DNA of 64,000 nucleotides from an uncultured Gammaproteobacteria bacterium (GCA_964452165.1 CAYVKP010000001.1:490729-554728); one strand, 5' to 3'; shown: positions 20,565 to 31,012, counted from the stretch's first letter. A program made the numbers and translations. The notes: a model not told the origin generated them from the letters alone.

Positions 20565-21703
20565 AAATAGGAATTAATGGTTTTGAAGCAGTCATACCCA
20601 GGTTTGGATACGACAAAAGTGGTTTACCCAACCGGGTGGGAAGCTCTGAGGTTTGCTTTGAACTTCTTAGCCAACTCTCAAAAATCGATAAAAAAAATAA
20701 ATACTCCATATTTCTTCCGGTCCCACCAACCGCCGATCTTCCAACCGAATCGGAAAATTGGCATTACGAAGTAATTCCGGATTCAAAACTCTGGACAGTA
20801 GTGGGTTTGGGTAAAAAGCTTTTGTATGGGGAAAAGTTCGACGTTTTTTTCTCCCCAACTCACTACGGCCCCCTAATCACGCGAAGTCCGGAGGTTGTGT
20901 CGGTTCTGGATGTATCGTATAAATATTTCCCCGAGCTTTTTAAGAAAAAAGATCTAGCCCAGCTTTCTATATGGGGTAAGTATTCTATAAAAAAAGCCTC
21001 AAAAATCATTACGATAAGCAATTCTAGCAAGAGTGATATAATTAAGGAGTACGGTGTAGCCAACGAGAAAATTGCCGTAGTTTATCTTGGTGTCAAGGAG
21101 AACAATAAAACGAAAATGAAAGCATCGGAGGTTTTGGAAAAGCATAATATTAAAAAACCCTATCTTCTATTTGTAGGTACTCTTCAACCAAGGAAAAACA
21201 TATCAAGATTGATAGAGGCCTTCTCTCAGATCGTGAAAGGGCATAAAAATTTATCTTTAGTTGTTGTCGGAAGACGTGGTTGGCAGTTTGAGGAGATTTT
21301 GAATTCACCCTTAAAATTTGGAGTCGCAGAAAGTGTGAGATTTTTGGAAAATGTAAACGATGACGAGCTCCCCTCTTTCTACGAAAACGCAGAAGCCTTT
21401 GTGTTGCCGAGTCTTTATGAAGGATTCGGATTACCGGTTCTTGAAGCCATGAAATATAATTGTCCCGTTGCAACGAGCGATATCTCATCTCTCCCCGAGG
21501 CCGGAGGAGATGCTGCGGTCTATTTTGATCCATATGACACGCATGATATGGCAGAGAAAGTTGGAAAAATCCTATCAAACAGCAAATTACGTTCGGAAAT
21601 GGTTAAAAAAGGCCATGCGCAGGTCAAGAAATTTTCTTGGGAGAAAAGTGCACGTGAGGTTCTGAAGGTTTTAGAGGAAGTGGGAGGTAAAAATGCTGCG
21701 TAA
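20561..21703 (+). CDS. Glycosyltransferase family 4 (mannosyltransferase-like)
   Basis: VGTLQPRKN, PSLYEGFGLPVLEAM, SSLPEAGG. Confidence 0.92.
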   Translation: MKIGINGFEAVIPRFGYDKSGLPNRVGSSEVCFELLSQLSKIDKKNKYSIFLPVPPTADLPTESENWHYEVIPDSKLWTVVGLGKKLLYGEKFDVFFSPTHYGPLITRSPEVVSVLDVSYKYFPELFKKKDLAQLSIWGKYSIKKASKIITISNSSKSDIIKEYGVANEKIAVVYLGVKENNKTKMKASEVLEKHNIKKPYLLFVGTLQPRKNISRLIEAFSQIVKGHKNLSLVVVGRRGWQFEEILNSPLKFGVAESVRFLENVNDDELPSFYENAEAFVLPSLYEGFGLPVLEAMKYNCPVATSDISSLPEAGGDAAVYFDPYDTHDMAEKVGKILSNSKLRSEMVKKGHAQVKKFSWEKSAREVLKVLEEVGGKNAA

Positions 21704-22247
21704 AATCACGAGGAGAATCTCAGCGATTCTTCTTGAAACTGACAATATGATCCTGCGATGCGTTGGAAATGTTCCATTTCACCATGTCAGGCGGTTTTTC
21801 TATAGAATTGGCGGAATGAGGATAGGCGCGGGTTCGGCAATTCATATGGGTGCGGTTTTCTATAAAGTTTCAAATATTAAAATTGGAACGGACACCATAA
21901 TTGGTGAAAATGCGGTTTTTGACGGCCGTGACAAGCTTACGATAGGTAACCACGTGGATATTGCTTCGGAGGTTATGATATACAACGCGGAGCACGATAT
22001 CAACGATGAACATTTTAAAGCGGTAACAGGTCCGGTTGAAATAGAAGACTACGTATTTATAGGTCCTCGAGTGATAATTTTACCGGGAGTCAGAATTGGA
22101 AAAGGGGCAGTAGTAGGAGCGGGAGCGGTAGTTACTAAAGACGTTGAAGAATTTGCCATTGTCGGCGGTGTCCCTGCAAAGGTAATCGGAGAGCGCAAAC
22201 TAAAAAACCCCACATACCGACTGGGAAGAGCAGCATGGTTTCGATAA
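21693..22247 (+). CDS. LbH acyltransferase (WcaF/galactoside acetyltransferase-like)
   Basis: IEDYVFIGPRVIILPGVRIGKGAVVGAGAVVTKDV...GGVPAK. Confidence 0.9.
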   Translation: MLRKITRRISAILLETDNMILRCVGNVPFHHVRRFFYRIGGMRIGAGSAIHMGAVFYKVSNIKIGTDTIIGENAVFDGRDKLTIGNHVDIASEVMIYNAEHDINDEHFKAVTGPVEIEDYVFIGPRVIILPGVRIGKGAVVGAGAVVTKDVEEFAIVGGVPAKVIGERKLKNPTYRLGRAAWFR

Positions 22248-23077
22248 TAATCCTCACGTATAACAGCGAGAAATTTATTGAGGAGACAATTGGAAGTCTC
22301 TTGGATTTTACTACTGGCACAGAAATAATAGTTGTGGACAACGCATCAACGGATAAGACTGTGAGTAAGATCAAAAAATTCGGGAAGAAGGTCAAATTTA
22401 TTGAAACAGGAGCCAACCTTGGGTTTTCAGCCGGAATTAACGTAGGAGCAAAAAAAGCGACCGGTGAGTATCTATTGTTCGTAAACCCCGACACAAAATT
22501 TAAAAGTGGAAACATAGAAGACATGATATCCGTATTTGACAACAACATTGATGCGGGAGTCGTGGGGGGAAGGATGCAGGCTGCGGACGGACATGTGGAA
22601 AAATCGACAGGAAAATTTTTTGGAGTTCTTGCAAGTATTTTAATTGCAGCAGGACTTGATGAGAAATTAGGAGTCAGGCGGTCTCCGGGCAAAATAGAGA
22701 AAGTTGATTTTGTCTCGGGCGGTTTCATGATGGTAAAGGCTGAATTATTTAGGAAATTGGGTGGATTTGACGAGAATCTTTTCATGTACGTTGAAGATAT
22801 GGAGTTATGTTTTCGCGCAAGACTTTCAGGATACTCAACTTACTTTGTTCCAAGCGTTGTTGTGACGCATATAGGTCAGGGTAGTTCCAATCGGGCATTT
22901 GCAATAAAGAATATTTTCAGGGGAGTTTTGTATTTTCACAAAAAACACGGAACACCTTTCTCATATGGAATTGTCAAAGCTCTTTTTACCCTCAAGTCTC
23001 TGACCCTTGTAACAGCAGGTAAAATAATGAATAATAAATATCTACTGGAGACCTATAGCGGTGCAGTCAAAACATGA
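22235..23077 (+). CDS. Glycosyltransferase family 2 (WbbL-like)
   Basis: IIILTYNS, VVDNASTD, NLGFSAGIN, NPD, GGFDENLFMYVEDMELC. Confidence 0.92.
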   Translation: MVSIIILTYNSEKFIEETIGSLLDFTTGTEIIVVDNASTDKTVSKIKKFGKKVKFIETGANLGFSAGINVGAKKATGEYLLFVNPDTKFKSGNIEDMISVFDNNIDAGVVGGRMQAADGHVEKSTGKFFGVLASILIAAGLDEKLGVRRSPGKIEKVDFVSGGFMMVKAELFRKLGGFDENLFMYVEDMELCFRARLSGYSTYFVPSVVVTHIGQGSSNRAFAIKNIFRGVLYFHKKHGTPFSYGIVKALFTLKSLTLVTAGKIMNNKYLLETYSGAVKT

Positions 23078-26000
23078 AGAAAATCTTATCCTACGTTGTC
23101 GATAACCTACTTTTTTTTATAACTCTTTTCCTTTTAGTATTCATACCCTTATATCCCAAGTTTCCATTGATAGACATAAAGAATACCTGGGTATATGTTA
23201 GAGTAGAGGATTTTCTCGTTCTCGCGACAGTTTTCATTTGGCTTGTATATTACATTAGAAAGAAAGTTGTACTTAATGCTCCCCTTACCTTGCCGATCAT
23301 TATATTTTGGATAGTGGGCGCCATCGGCACGATTCACGGCGTAGTTCTCGTTTTCCCCGGTATTGCAAATGTTTTTCCCAATGTAGCCTTCCTGAGTTTC
23401 ATGCGGCACATAGAGTATATGTCGTTGTTTTTTATAGCGTATTCCTCGGTCAAGGACAGAAAACAAATCTGGGCTTTTATCGCCGCCATAACAATAACGC
23501 TTTTTGGAGTTGTTGCTTACGGTTTGGGACAAAAATATTTAGGGTTCCCAGCTTACCTTACAATGAACGAGGAATACGCAAAAGGCGTTGCCATAAGGTT
23601 ATCGGATCTTTCTCGTATTCCCTCAACTTTTGCCGGTCATTATGATTTGGCCGCATATCTTGTTTTGATTGTTCCGATTCTTGCGAGCCTTGTTATTGGG
23701 GTGAAGAATATTTTGGGCAAAGCTGTTCTTGCTGTTGCGACAGTTTTGGGCGTTGGCCTACTGTTTATGACTGTTTCAAGAGTCTCTTTTTTTGTTTTGA
23801 TAGTTGCGCTTTTTGCTGTCCTCTATTTTCAAAAGAAAAAACTTATCCTATATTCTCTACCGTTCATAGTAATACTCGGATTTTTATTCGTTAGTTTCAA
23901 GCCCACTTTGCTTGCGCGCTTCAGCAACACAGTTCGTGAAGTAAATGTTCTTGTTGATGGGAAGACGGGGACAGCCGTAGGCCAAGTAAAATTCGTTCCG
24001 TTCTCTTATTTTAAAGATAAAGTAATCAAGCAACAAATTATAGGCGACCGGGATCAACTCGATTCGGCAATGGTAGGCCAAACCCAAAATATACGTGAGA
24101 TAGCAGAATCCACTTCCGCCGCAACGCTCAGGCAAATTTCCCCCGACGCCCAAGTCCCCTTAGTTTTCGCAACGAATGTTTCAACTGGGGAGAATTTGCC
24201 GCAGGGGACAGGCTATATAAATTTGTCTCTATCGCCAGTCGTAAAGCGAGTCGGCAATTTTTTCTATGAGCTTGCCCCGAATATTGCCTCCAGCGCATCA
24301 GCTCAAGTCTTGATTCTCCACGGCGACTTCATAATTAAAAAAGCTTCGGCTTATGATTTGTCTTTTACAACAAGATTCCAGGGGGAATGGCCCCATGCCT
24401 TGCTTGCGTTTGAAAGAAATGTGTTGGTAGGGAGCGGTTATGGCGCAGTGAGTCTTGCCGTAGACAATAATTACCTTAGAATGCTTGGCGAAACAGGGCT
24501 TTTGGGCACCTTATCGTTTCTTGCAATATTCTTGGTTCTCGGGATCTACATAAAGAAAGTTTTACCTGATATTCGCTCCTCTGTTGTCAAGAGCTTTATC
24601 TTGGGTTTTGCGGCGGGTCTTATTGGACTTGCTCTGAACGCAACCCTTATTGATGTTTTTGAGGCAAGCAAAATTGCATTCCTGATGTGGATGTTGATAG
24701 GGGTCGTATTCGGAATTATAAATTCTTATAAAACCCAAGTTAACATAGTGGAGGAATTAAAAGCCGCTTTAACCTCAGATGTTGCAGTCGGTGTTTACCT
24801 TTTGATTGTTGCAGGTGTAATTTTCTCGCGAATGCTCGGAAATTATTTTGTTGCCGATGATTTTACTTGGTTCCGTTGGGCTGCCGACTGTCATAGCTCC
24901 GTTATCTCATTAGGCGGTTGTTCCTCGTTTCTATCTACTATATCTCACTATTTCACAGAGGCTGGTGGATTTTTCTGGCGACCCGGGACAAAAACCTACT
25001 TTCTCTTGATGTATTCAGTCTTCTGGTTAAATCAAACCGTTTATCATGCCGTGTCTATAGTTCTCCATTTTATAGTCGCTTTTCTTTTCTTCCTTCTGGC
25101 AAAAAAGATTCTCAAAAATTCTCTCCTTGCAGCGGGCGCATCGCTATTATTCTTAATTATGAGTGGATACGTCGAAATAGTATTTTGGATTTCTGCAACC
25201 GGTCATTTGTTCAATGCCGTATTCATGCTTCTTGCTCTCATTATGTATATTTCTTGGCGAGAGAAAAAACAGGCTCTGTATCTTGTGATTTCGCTGTTGT
25301 CGACGGTGCTATCTCTCCTTTTCTATGAGACCGGAGTGGTAGTGCCGCTTTTAATACTTGCATATGAGCTGGTATATAATCCTTCCTTCAACATAAAGAG
25401 ATTCTTTAAAAGGGCAGAGTACCTAATCTTATTTGTTCCCAACCTTTTTTATCTTGTCATCAGATTTTTAGCCGGAAGTCATTGGCAAGGCGGAGACTAT
25501 AGTTATAACTTGGTAAAACTCCCCTTCAATCTAATAGGTAATTTGGTAGGTTATGTGGGACTCACATTTATGGGCCCGCTCTTCTTGCCGGCATATGAAA
25601 AAATGCGAACTGTCCTCAGGGGAAATTTACTCGTTGCCGGCGTTATAGCGCTCGTTTTAATTGTGGTGGTAATTTTTGCAGCGCGTGTGTTTATGAAAAC
25701 AATTGAGGGAGAAGATAGAAAAACAGTGTTGTTTGCCGGATTATTCTTTGTTATATCACTACTTCCATTCATAGGTTTTGGCAATATTACGGCTCGCTAC
25801 AGTTATCTTGCATCTTTAGGATTAATAATCATTTTTGTATTTATCTTGAGGAAACTTTATAGATATTTGCTTGCGGAAGGGCGCCCCATCGCAATATCAG
25901 TGGTCGTACTTATTATTGCGGCTTTTTCCCTGCTCCATATTATTGAAGTTCAGCAAATCCATCAGGACTGGAACGGCGCCGGACTTGAAGCAAAAAACTT

Positions 26001-26322
26001 CTTCACCGCGATAGATGATTCCTATTCGGACTATTGGTCAAGTGAGCCGATGCAGCTCCACTTTGTTAACGTGCCCTTAAAAAATGGAGAGGCTTGGGTT
26101 TTTCCGTGGGGAATATCTGATGCAACCTGGTTTGCCTTCAAAAATCCCAAGGCTCAAGTCTATACCGACCCGCAGGTCACTTACGATCTTCAGTCAAAGA
26201 TTTCCCGTAATTTCAAAGTTTTTGAGTTTAACGGAGACGGAAGCGTGACGGAGGTCCAGCCGCCCACTAAGTCCCTCGGTTCGCCAACCCCAACTCCAAC
26301 CTCGTCTCTCAAGCGTTATTAA
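23074..26322 (+). CDS. Fusion: O-antigen ligase/O-oligosaccharyltransferase-like domain plus GT-C (TMTC/ArnT-like) domain
   Basis: N half: RIPSTFAGHYDLAAYL, TVSR, TTRFQGEW, DNNYLRMLGETGLLG. C half: YFVADDF, FWRP, YHAVSIVLH, EIVFWISA, YETGVVVP. Confidence 0.7.
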   Translation: MKKILSYVVDNLLFFITLFLLVFIPLYPKFPLIDIKNTWVYVRVEDFLVLATVFIWLVYYIRKKVVLNAPLTLPIIIFWIVGAIGTIHGVVLVFPGIANVFPNVAFLSFMRHIEYMSLFFIAYSSVKDRKQIWAFIAAITITLFGVVAYGLGQKYLGFPAYLTMNEEYAKGVAIRLSDLSRIPSTFAGHYDLAAYLVLIVPILASLVIGVKNILGKAVLAVATVLGVGLLFMTVSRVSFFVLIVALFAVLYFQKKKLILYSLPFIVILGFLFVSFKPTLLARFSNTVREVNVLVDGKTGTAVGQVKFVPFSYFKDKVIKQQIIGDRDQLDSAMVGQTQNIREIAESTSAATLRQISPDAQVPLVFATNVSTGENLPQGTGYINLSLSPVVKRVGNFFYELAPNIASSASAQVLILHGDFIIKKASAYDLSFTTRFQGEWPHALLAFERNVLVGSGYGAVSLAVDNNYLRMLGETGLLGTLSFLAIFLVLGIYIKKVLPDIRSSVVKSFILGFAAGLIGLALNATLIDVFEASKIAFLMWMLIGVVFGIINSYKTQVNIVEELKAALTSDVAVGVYLLIVAGVIFSRMLGNYFVADDFTWFRWAADCHSSVISLGGCSSFLSTISHYFTEAGGFFWRPGTKTYFLLMYSVFWLNQTVYHAVSIVLHFIVAFLFFLLAKKILKNSLLAAGASLLFLIMSGYVEIVFWISATGHLFNAVFMLLALIMYISWREKKQALYLVISLLSTVLSLLFYETGVVVPLLILAYELVYNPSFNIKRFFKRAEYLILFVPNLFYLVIRFLAGSHWQGGDYSYNLVKLPFNLIGNLVGYVGLTFMGPLFLPAYEKMRTVLRGNLLVAGVIALVLIVVVIFAARVFMKTIEGEDRKTVLFAGLFFVISLLPFIGFGNITARYSYLASLGLIIIFVFILRKLYRYLLAEGRPIAISVVVLIIAAFSLLHIIEVQQIHQDWNGAGLEAKNFFTAIDDSYSDYWSSEPMQLHFVNVPLKNGEAWVFPWGISDATWFAFKNPKAQVYTDPQVTYDLQSKISRNFKVFEFNGDGSVTEVQPPTKSLGSPTPTPTSSLKRY

Positions 26323-26358
26323 ATTGATAATAAGGTTCGTATCAATTAGAATAAAATC

Positions 26359-27795
26359 ATGAAGCTAAAGGATTTGGCTATTTTGCTGCTGTTTGTTTTG
26401 GGTTTTATTGTTCGCCTTTATCGCTTTGACAACCCCGTTGCTGACTGGCATGCATTTAGGCAAGGCGACACTAACGCCGTTTCTCAGATTTACGTTCGTG
26501 ATGGAATCAATCTTCTATCTCCTCGCTACTTCGATATATCCAATATTCAATCGGGGAAAGATAATCCCAAAGGATACAGACTTGTAGAATTCCCCATTTA
26601 TAATGCTGTTCAGGCGTTTTTATTCACTGTTTTTAAGACCCTGACGCTTCCCGAGTGGGGCAGAATAATTTCTATAATTGCAACTCTTTCGGGGGCATTC
26701 TTTGTTTACAAACTAGTCAAAAAATACGCAAATGAGATGGCCGGAATTTTCTCAGCTTTTTTCTATTTATTCTTACCTTTTTCAATTTTTTACGGAAGAA
26801 CAATCCTGCCGGATCCCTCTATGGCCGCAGCAATTCTTGGTGGAATATATTTTTTTGACTTGTGGACGTCAAGAAAGAATTTTAAATTTGAAATTTTAGA
26901 TTTTAAATTTTTGTTCGCGATTCTATTTACGGCCACTTCTTTTCTTCTAAAGCCTTACGCCATAATCTTTACTCTTCCAATGATTTATCTTGCCTGGAAC
27001 AAGTTTAAATTCGAAATTATTAAAAAATGGCAACTTTGGTTTTTCGCTATTGTTACCTTGATTCCCATTGTTCTTTGGAGAAAATTTATCGGGCAACACC
27101 CCGAAGGAATTCCGGTCTCTGACTGGCTTTTCAACGGTAACGGCATAAGGTTTAGGCCTTCTTTTTTCCGCTGGATATTTTACGAAAGAATTACCAGGTT
27201 AATACTTGGTTTTTCCGGAGTAGTGTTTCTTTTGGACGGGATTTTATATCTATTCAAAAATAAGAACAAAATGTTTTTCTTATCTTTTGCCGTATCTTCG
27301 CTAATTTATCTGTTCGTTATAGCAACGGGCAACGTACAGCATGACTATTATCAAATTTTAATAATCCCTACAATTTCTATTTTCGCGGGCCTTGGAGCGT
27401 TTGGTTTATTTAAAACGGTTGAGAAGTGGGGCAGGACTGCTGCTATTGGCGTATGTTCGATTCTGATAGTTGTATCGTTATTCTTTTCCTGGAGGCAGGT
27501 TCGTGATTATTTCAATATAAATGATACAAGAATGGTTCATGCAGCAGCTGTTGCGAATAAAATTTTACCTGCCGACGCGACGGTTATTGCACCATATGAT
27601 GGGAGTACAACTTTTTTGAATTTGATACAAAGACGCGGTTGGCCAACTTTTGAGAAGGGTATAGAGGAATTAACCCGTGACGGGGCACAATATTTAGTGA
27701 TAGCCTCACCCACAAAGAATGATTTTTCAGGATTTGGGAAAACTTATCAACACGTTGCAGCTGGGCCTGACTATTTGATCCTTAAATTGAAATGA
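26359..27795 (+). CDS. ArnT/PMT-like GT-C glycosyltransferase
   Basis: DWHAFRQGDT, EFPIY, YGRTILPD, LLKP, HDYYQ; multiple TM segments. Confidence 0.8.
   Translation: MKLKDLAILLLFVLGFIVRLYRFDNPVADWHAFRQGDTNAVSQIYVRDGINLLSPRYFDISNIQSGKDNPKGYRLVEFPIYNAVQAFLFTVFKTLTLPEWGRIISIIATLSGAFFVYKLVKKYANEMAGIFSAFFYLFLPFSIFYGRTILPDPSMAAAILGGIYFFDLWTSRKNFKFEILDFKFLFAILFTATSFLLKPYAIIFTLPMIYLAWNKFKFEIIKKWQLWFFAIVTLIPIVLWRKFIGQHPEGIPVSDWLFNGNGIRFRPSFFRWIFYERITRLILGFSGVVFLLDGILYLFKNKNKMFFLSFAVSSLIYLFVIATGNVQHDYYQILIIPTISIFAGLGAFGLFKTVEKWGRTAAIGVCSILIVVSLFFSWRQVRDYFNINDTRMVHAAAVANKILPADATVIAPYDGSTTFLNLIQRRGWPTFEKGIEELTRDGAQYLVIASPTKNDFSGFGKTYQHVAAGPDYLILKLK
26879..26913 (+). repeat. Tandem 7-bp repeat (ATTTTAA-like) x5 inside a CDS
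   Basis: attttaa atttgaa attttag attttaa atttttg, encoding NFKFEILDFKFL. Confidence 0.7.
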
Positions 27796-28958
27796 AAAAG
27801 GTTTTATTCGTGACTTATGATTTTCCATATCCTACCAATACAGGCGGAAAAAACAGGGCATATCATATGCTTAAATACTCGGGCGTCGGTTTCAAAAAAT
27901 ATCTATTTTCATTTGTTCGCCCCGATTTTAAGAGTGAGAATATCAAACACCTTGGGGCAATAGGAGTTGAAGTTTTAAAAACTGTGCCGCGAAGAAAAGT
28001 TACAGACCCCAGGAACGTCATGGGCTTGCTTGGTCAGGGATCAATTTTTAAAACCTTATATTATTCAGAAGACATTCTTGAGGAGTTGATCCGGCTTATT
28101 CGCCAATACGAGATTGATATCGTTCACTTCGAATCCTTTTTTACAGGATTCTATATTTCAAGCGAAATAAAAAACTTGGGTGCGAAACAAATTTACGGAT
28201 CGGAAAACGTAGAATACAAAATGTATAGGGATTATGCGGTTGGCTCTCCTTTTTTCATAAAACCCTTCATGGGCGCGCAAGCTGATAAGATTAAACAAGA
28301 GGAGGAGAGTATGGCAAGAGCCGCTGACGTTTGCGTTGCAGTTTCAGACGCTGAGGCAAGAGAAATTAGTAAAACCGGTGCCGAGTGCGAGATAGTCAGG
28401 AATGGCGTAGATATTGATGAATTCAAACCCAGAAAGCTTGAGAAGGAAGTCAAAAATCTATTGTTTGTAGGGAATTTTACTTATTTTCCAAACGTTGATG
28501 CGATCAGTTTTTTCTACAACGAAGTTTTCAAAAAATTAGAAATGGATTTGAAGCTCACAGTTATTGGGAAAAAAGTGTTTGATTTGCCATTTGCCCGCGA
28601 GGATAGAGTTGAGGCAATCGAATTTGTTAAAAATATTCAAGACGCATATGACAACGCGGATATAATGGTCTCACCGGTTAGGCTAGGCGGTGGTACAAAC
28701 TTCAAAGTTCTTGAAGCGATGGCAGCAGGAGTGCCCGTTATTGCGCTGCAGGATAGGATAGTTGGTCTTGATGTTAAAGATGGCGTTAACATAATGGTTG
28801 CCAAAGATGGTCCGGACTTTGTCAGAATAATAGATAGACTTGCGGGAGATCACGTGCTCCGTACGAAAATATCAAATGCCGCCAGAAAACTTGTTACTCA
28901 CGAGTATTCGTGGAAGATAATAGGAAATAATCTTGCAACCATTTGGGAAAACCTATGA
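27792..28958 (+). CDS. Glycosyltransferase family 4
   Basis: FPYPTNTGG, NGVD, FVGNFTYFPNVDA, GGGTNFKVLEAMAAGVPV. Confidence 0.9.
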   Translation: MKKVLFVTYDFPYPTNTGGKNRAYHMLKYSGVGFKKYLFSFVRPDFKSENIKHLGAIGVEVLKTVPRRKVTDPRNVMGLLGQGSIFKTLYYSEDILEELIRLIRQYEIDIVHFESFFTGFYISSEIKNLGAKQIYGSENVEYKMYRDYAVGSPFFIKPFMGAQADKIKQEEESMARAADVCVAVSDAEAREISKTGAECEIVRNGVDIDEFKPRKLEKEVKNLLFVGNFTYFPNVDAISFFYNEVFKKLEMDLKLTVIGKKVFDLPFAREDRVEAIEFVKNIQDAYDNADIMVSPVRLGGGTNFKVLEAMAAGVPVIALQDRIVGLDVKDGVNIMVAKDGPDFVRIIDRLAGDHVLRTKISNAARKLVTHEYSWKIIGNNLATIWENL

Positions 28959-29863
28959 AAAAAATAGATCTTTCAATCGTAATTGTTACTTATAATTCGC
29001 AAGACCTAATCCTTTCTTGTCTCGATTCAATTTACAATACGTGTAAGAAAAATTCATTTGAAGTTATAGTTTCGGATAATAGTCCAATTCAAGCCACAGC
29101 TCAAATAATTGAGGAAAATAAGAGCAGATATCCGGGACTAATTTTTATCAAAAATCATGACAATATAGGTTTTTCTAGAGGAAACAATGTAGGAGTTAAA
29201 AAAAGCCATGGAGAATACGTTCTTTTCTTAAATCCAGACATGAAAGTTTATGACCGGACTCTTGATGGGATGCTGGATTTTATGCGGGAGCATGAGGATG
29301 CGGGAGCGGCAACTTGTTACGTAGAGCTTCCCACAGGAAAGCTAGACGACTCATCCCATAGAGGATTCCCAACTCCGTGGCGCGCATTAAGTCATTTTGC
29401 AGGCCTTTCCAAAATATTTTCAAAGTCAAAAATGTTTGCCGGTTACAACATGACATATTTGGACATTTTCAAAACTCACGAGATTGATTCTCTTGCCGGA
29501 TCATTTCTTCTTATTTCAAGAAAACTGGGAGAAAAACTTTCCTGGTGGGACGAGGACTACTTTTTTTACGGGGAAGATATAGATTTCTGTTTTAGGATTA
29601 GACAAGCTGGTCTTAAAGTATATTTTGTTCCGGAATACAGGGCGCTTCATTACAAAGGAGTTTCATCCGGTATCAAGAGCGTTTCAAAAAACATGACTCG
29701 CGCCTCACTTGAAACTCGAATACGCGCTACCAATTGGCGTTTTGATGCAATGAGAATTTTTTATGACAAGCACTACAAAAATAAATACCCGGGATTTTTA
29801 AGAGAGTTGGTTTTGGCAGGAATATCGGTAAAAAAGTTTTTAGCACTTAAGAAAATAAAATGA
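28955..29863 (+). CDS. Glycosyltransferase family 2
   Basis: LSIVIVTYNS, DNS, GFSRGNN, LNPD, DEDYFFYGEDIDFC; ATG 28955 overlaps the previous stop. Confidence 0.92.
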   Translation: MKKIDLSIVIVTYNSQDLILSCLDSIYNTCKKNSFEVIVSDNSPIQATAQIIEENKSRYPGLIFIKNHDNIGFSRGNNVGVKKSHGEYVLFLNPDMKVYDRTLDGMLDFMREHEDAGAATCYVELPTGKLDDSSHRGFPTPWRALSHFAGLSKIFSKSKMFAGYNMTYLDIFKTHEIDSLAGSFLLISRKLGEKLSWWDEDYFFYGEDIDFCFRIRQAGLKVYFVPEYRALHYKGVSSGIKSVSKNMTRASLETRIRATNWRFDAMRIFYDKHYKNKYPGFLRELVLAGISVKKFLALKKIK

Positions 29864-30990
29864 AAATTGGAATTGACTGCCGTCTTGCCAAACAAACCGG
29901 AGTAGGAAGATATACCAGAAATTTAATAATCAACTTATTAAAGCTGGATAAAAAAAATGAATATGTTTTGTTTGCTCGCGCAGAAGATGTTAGTGATGTT
30001 AAGAAGTTTGTTAAAAACGATATAAAAATCGTTACTTCAAATATACCCTGGCATGGATTCGCCGAGCAATTTGAATTTCCAAAGGTTTTAAATCGTGAGA
30101 ATTTGGATCTCGTTCATTTTCCATATTTCTCAGTGCCTGTTTTCTATTACAAGCCCTTTGTCGTAACGATTCACGACTTAATCGTCAACCGTTTTGCTAC
30201 GGGTCGCGCATCTACTCTTCCATATCCCGTTTATTTTGCCAAAAGAATGGGATATCAGGCGGTTATTGCTTCCGCAGTTTATCGTTCTACGAAAATAATT
30301 GTTCCTTCAAAGACGGTCAAAGCGGATTTATTGAAAAGCTACAGAAACGTTAATCCGTCCAAAGTGGAGGTCACTTATGAAGGGCCAATCGAAAATTCTT
30401 CTAAAACCAAAACAAAGCCGCGAGTTGAAGGAAAATATTTTTTGCGGGTCGGTAATTTTTATCCACACAAAAACGTTGAGAACTTAATAGCCGCATTTAA
30501 AGATTTTATTTTTGATAGCTACGATAATAAAGATGCAAGGCTGGTTTTAGTTGGGAAAAAAGATTATTTTTGGAATAAAATCTCAAACGTTATCAGTAGA
30601 TCCAATATAGAAAACAACATAGTATTCATTGATAACCCCTCAGATCAAGATCTTACAGCTCTTTATGAAAATGCCGTAGCTACAATTGTGCCATCTTTCA
30701 TGGAAGGATTTTCTCTGACCGCAGTTGAGGCAATGTTCTGCGGATCTTTACTGGTAGCATCTGACATTCCTGTTCATCGCGAGATCTGTGGTGATTCGGC
30801 GATATACTTTAATCCCAAAGATACCAACGACATGAGACAAAAAATAGGCTTTGCATTTTCTCTTGTAGAGTCTTCGCGAGAAGATCTTATAATACAAGCA
30901 AAGAAGCAGTCGGAAAAATTCTCGTGGTCAAAAATGGCGCAGGAGACTCTTAATATTTACGAATCCTCAGTTGTGGCCACGAGTAAGTAG
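29860..30990 (+). CDS. Glycosyltransferase family 4
   Basis: GVGRY, TIHDL, GNFYPHKN, PSFMEGFSLTAVEAM, SDIPVHRE. Confidence 0.92.
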   Translation: MKIGIDCRLAKQTGVGRYTRNLIINLLKLDKKNEYVLFARAEDVSDVKKFVKNDIKIVTSNIPWHGFAEQFEFPKVLNRENLDLVHFPYFSVPVFYYKPFVVTIHDLIVNRFATGRASTLPYPVYFAKRMGYQAVIASAVYRSTKIIVPSKTVKADLLKSYRNVNPSKVEVTYEGPIENSSKTKTKPRVEGKYFLRVGNFYPHKNVENLIAAFKDFIFDSYDNKDARLVLVGKKDYFWNKISNVISRSNIENNIVFIDNPSDQDLTALYENAVATIVPSFMEGFSLTAVEAMFCGSLLVASDIPVHREICGDSAIYFNPKDTNDMRQKIGFAFSLVESSREDLIIQAKKQSEKFSWSKMAQETLNIYESSVVATSK

Positions 30991-31012
30991 CGCTTTTTGC
31001 TATAATCGCTCC

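Noticed and set aside
22135-22785. 216-aa minus-strand ORF and the many other 60-170 aa nested ORFs
   Set aside because: They overlap well-supported genes on the other strand or frame and show no motifs
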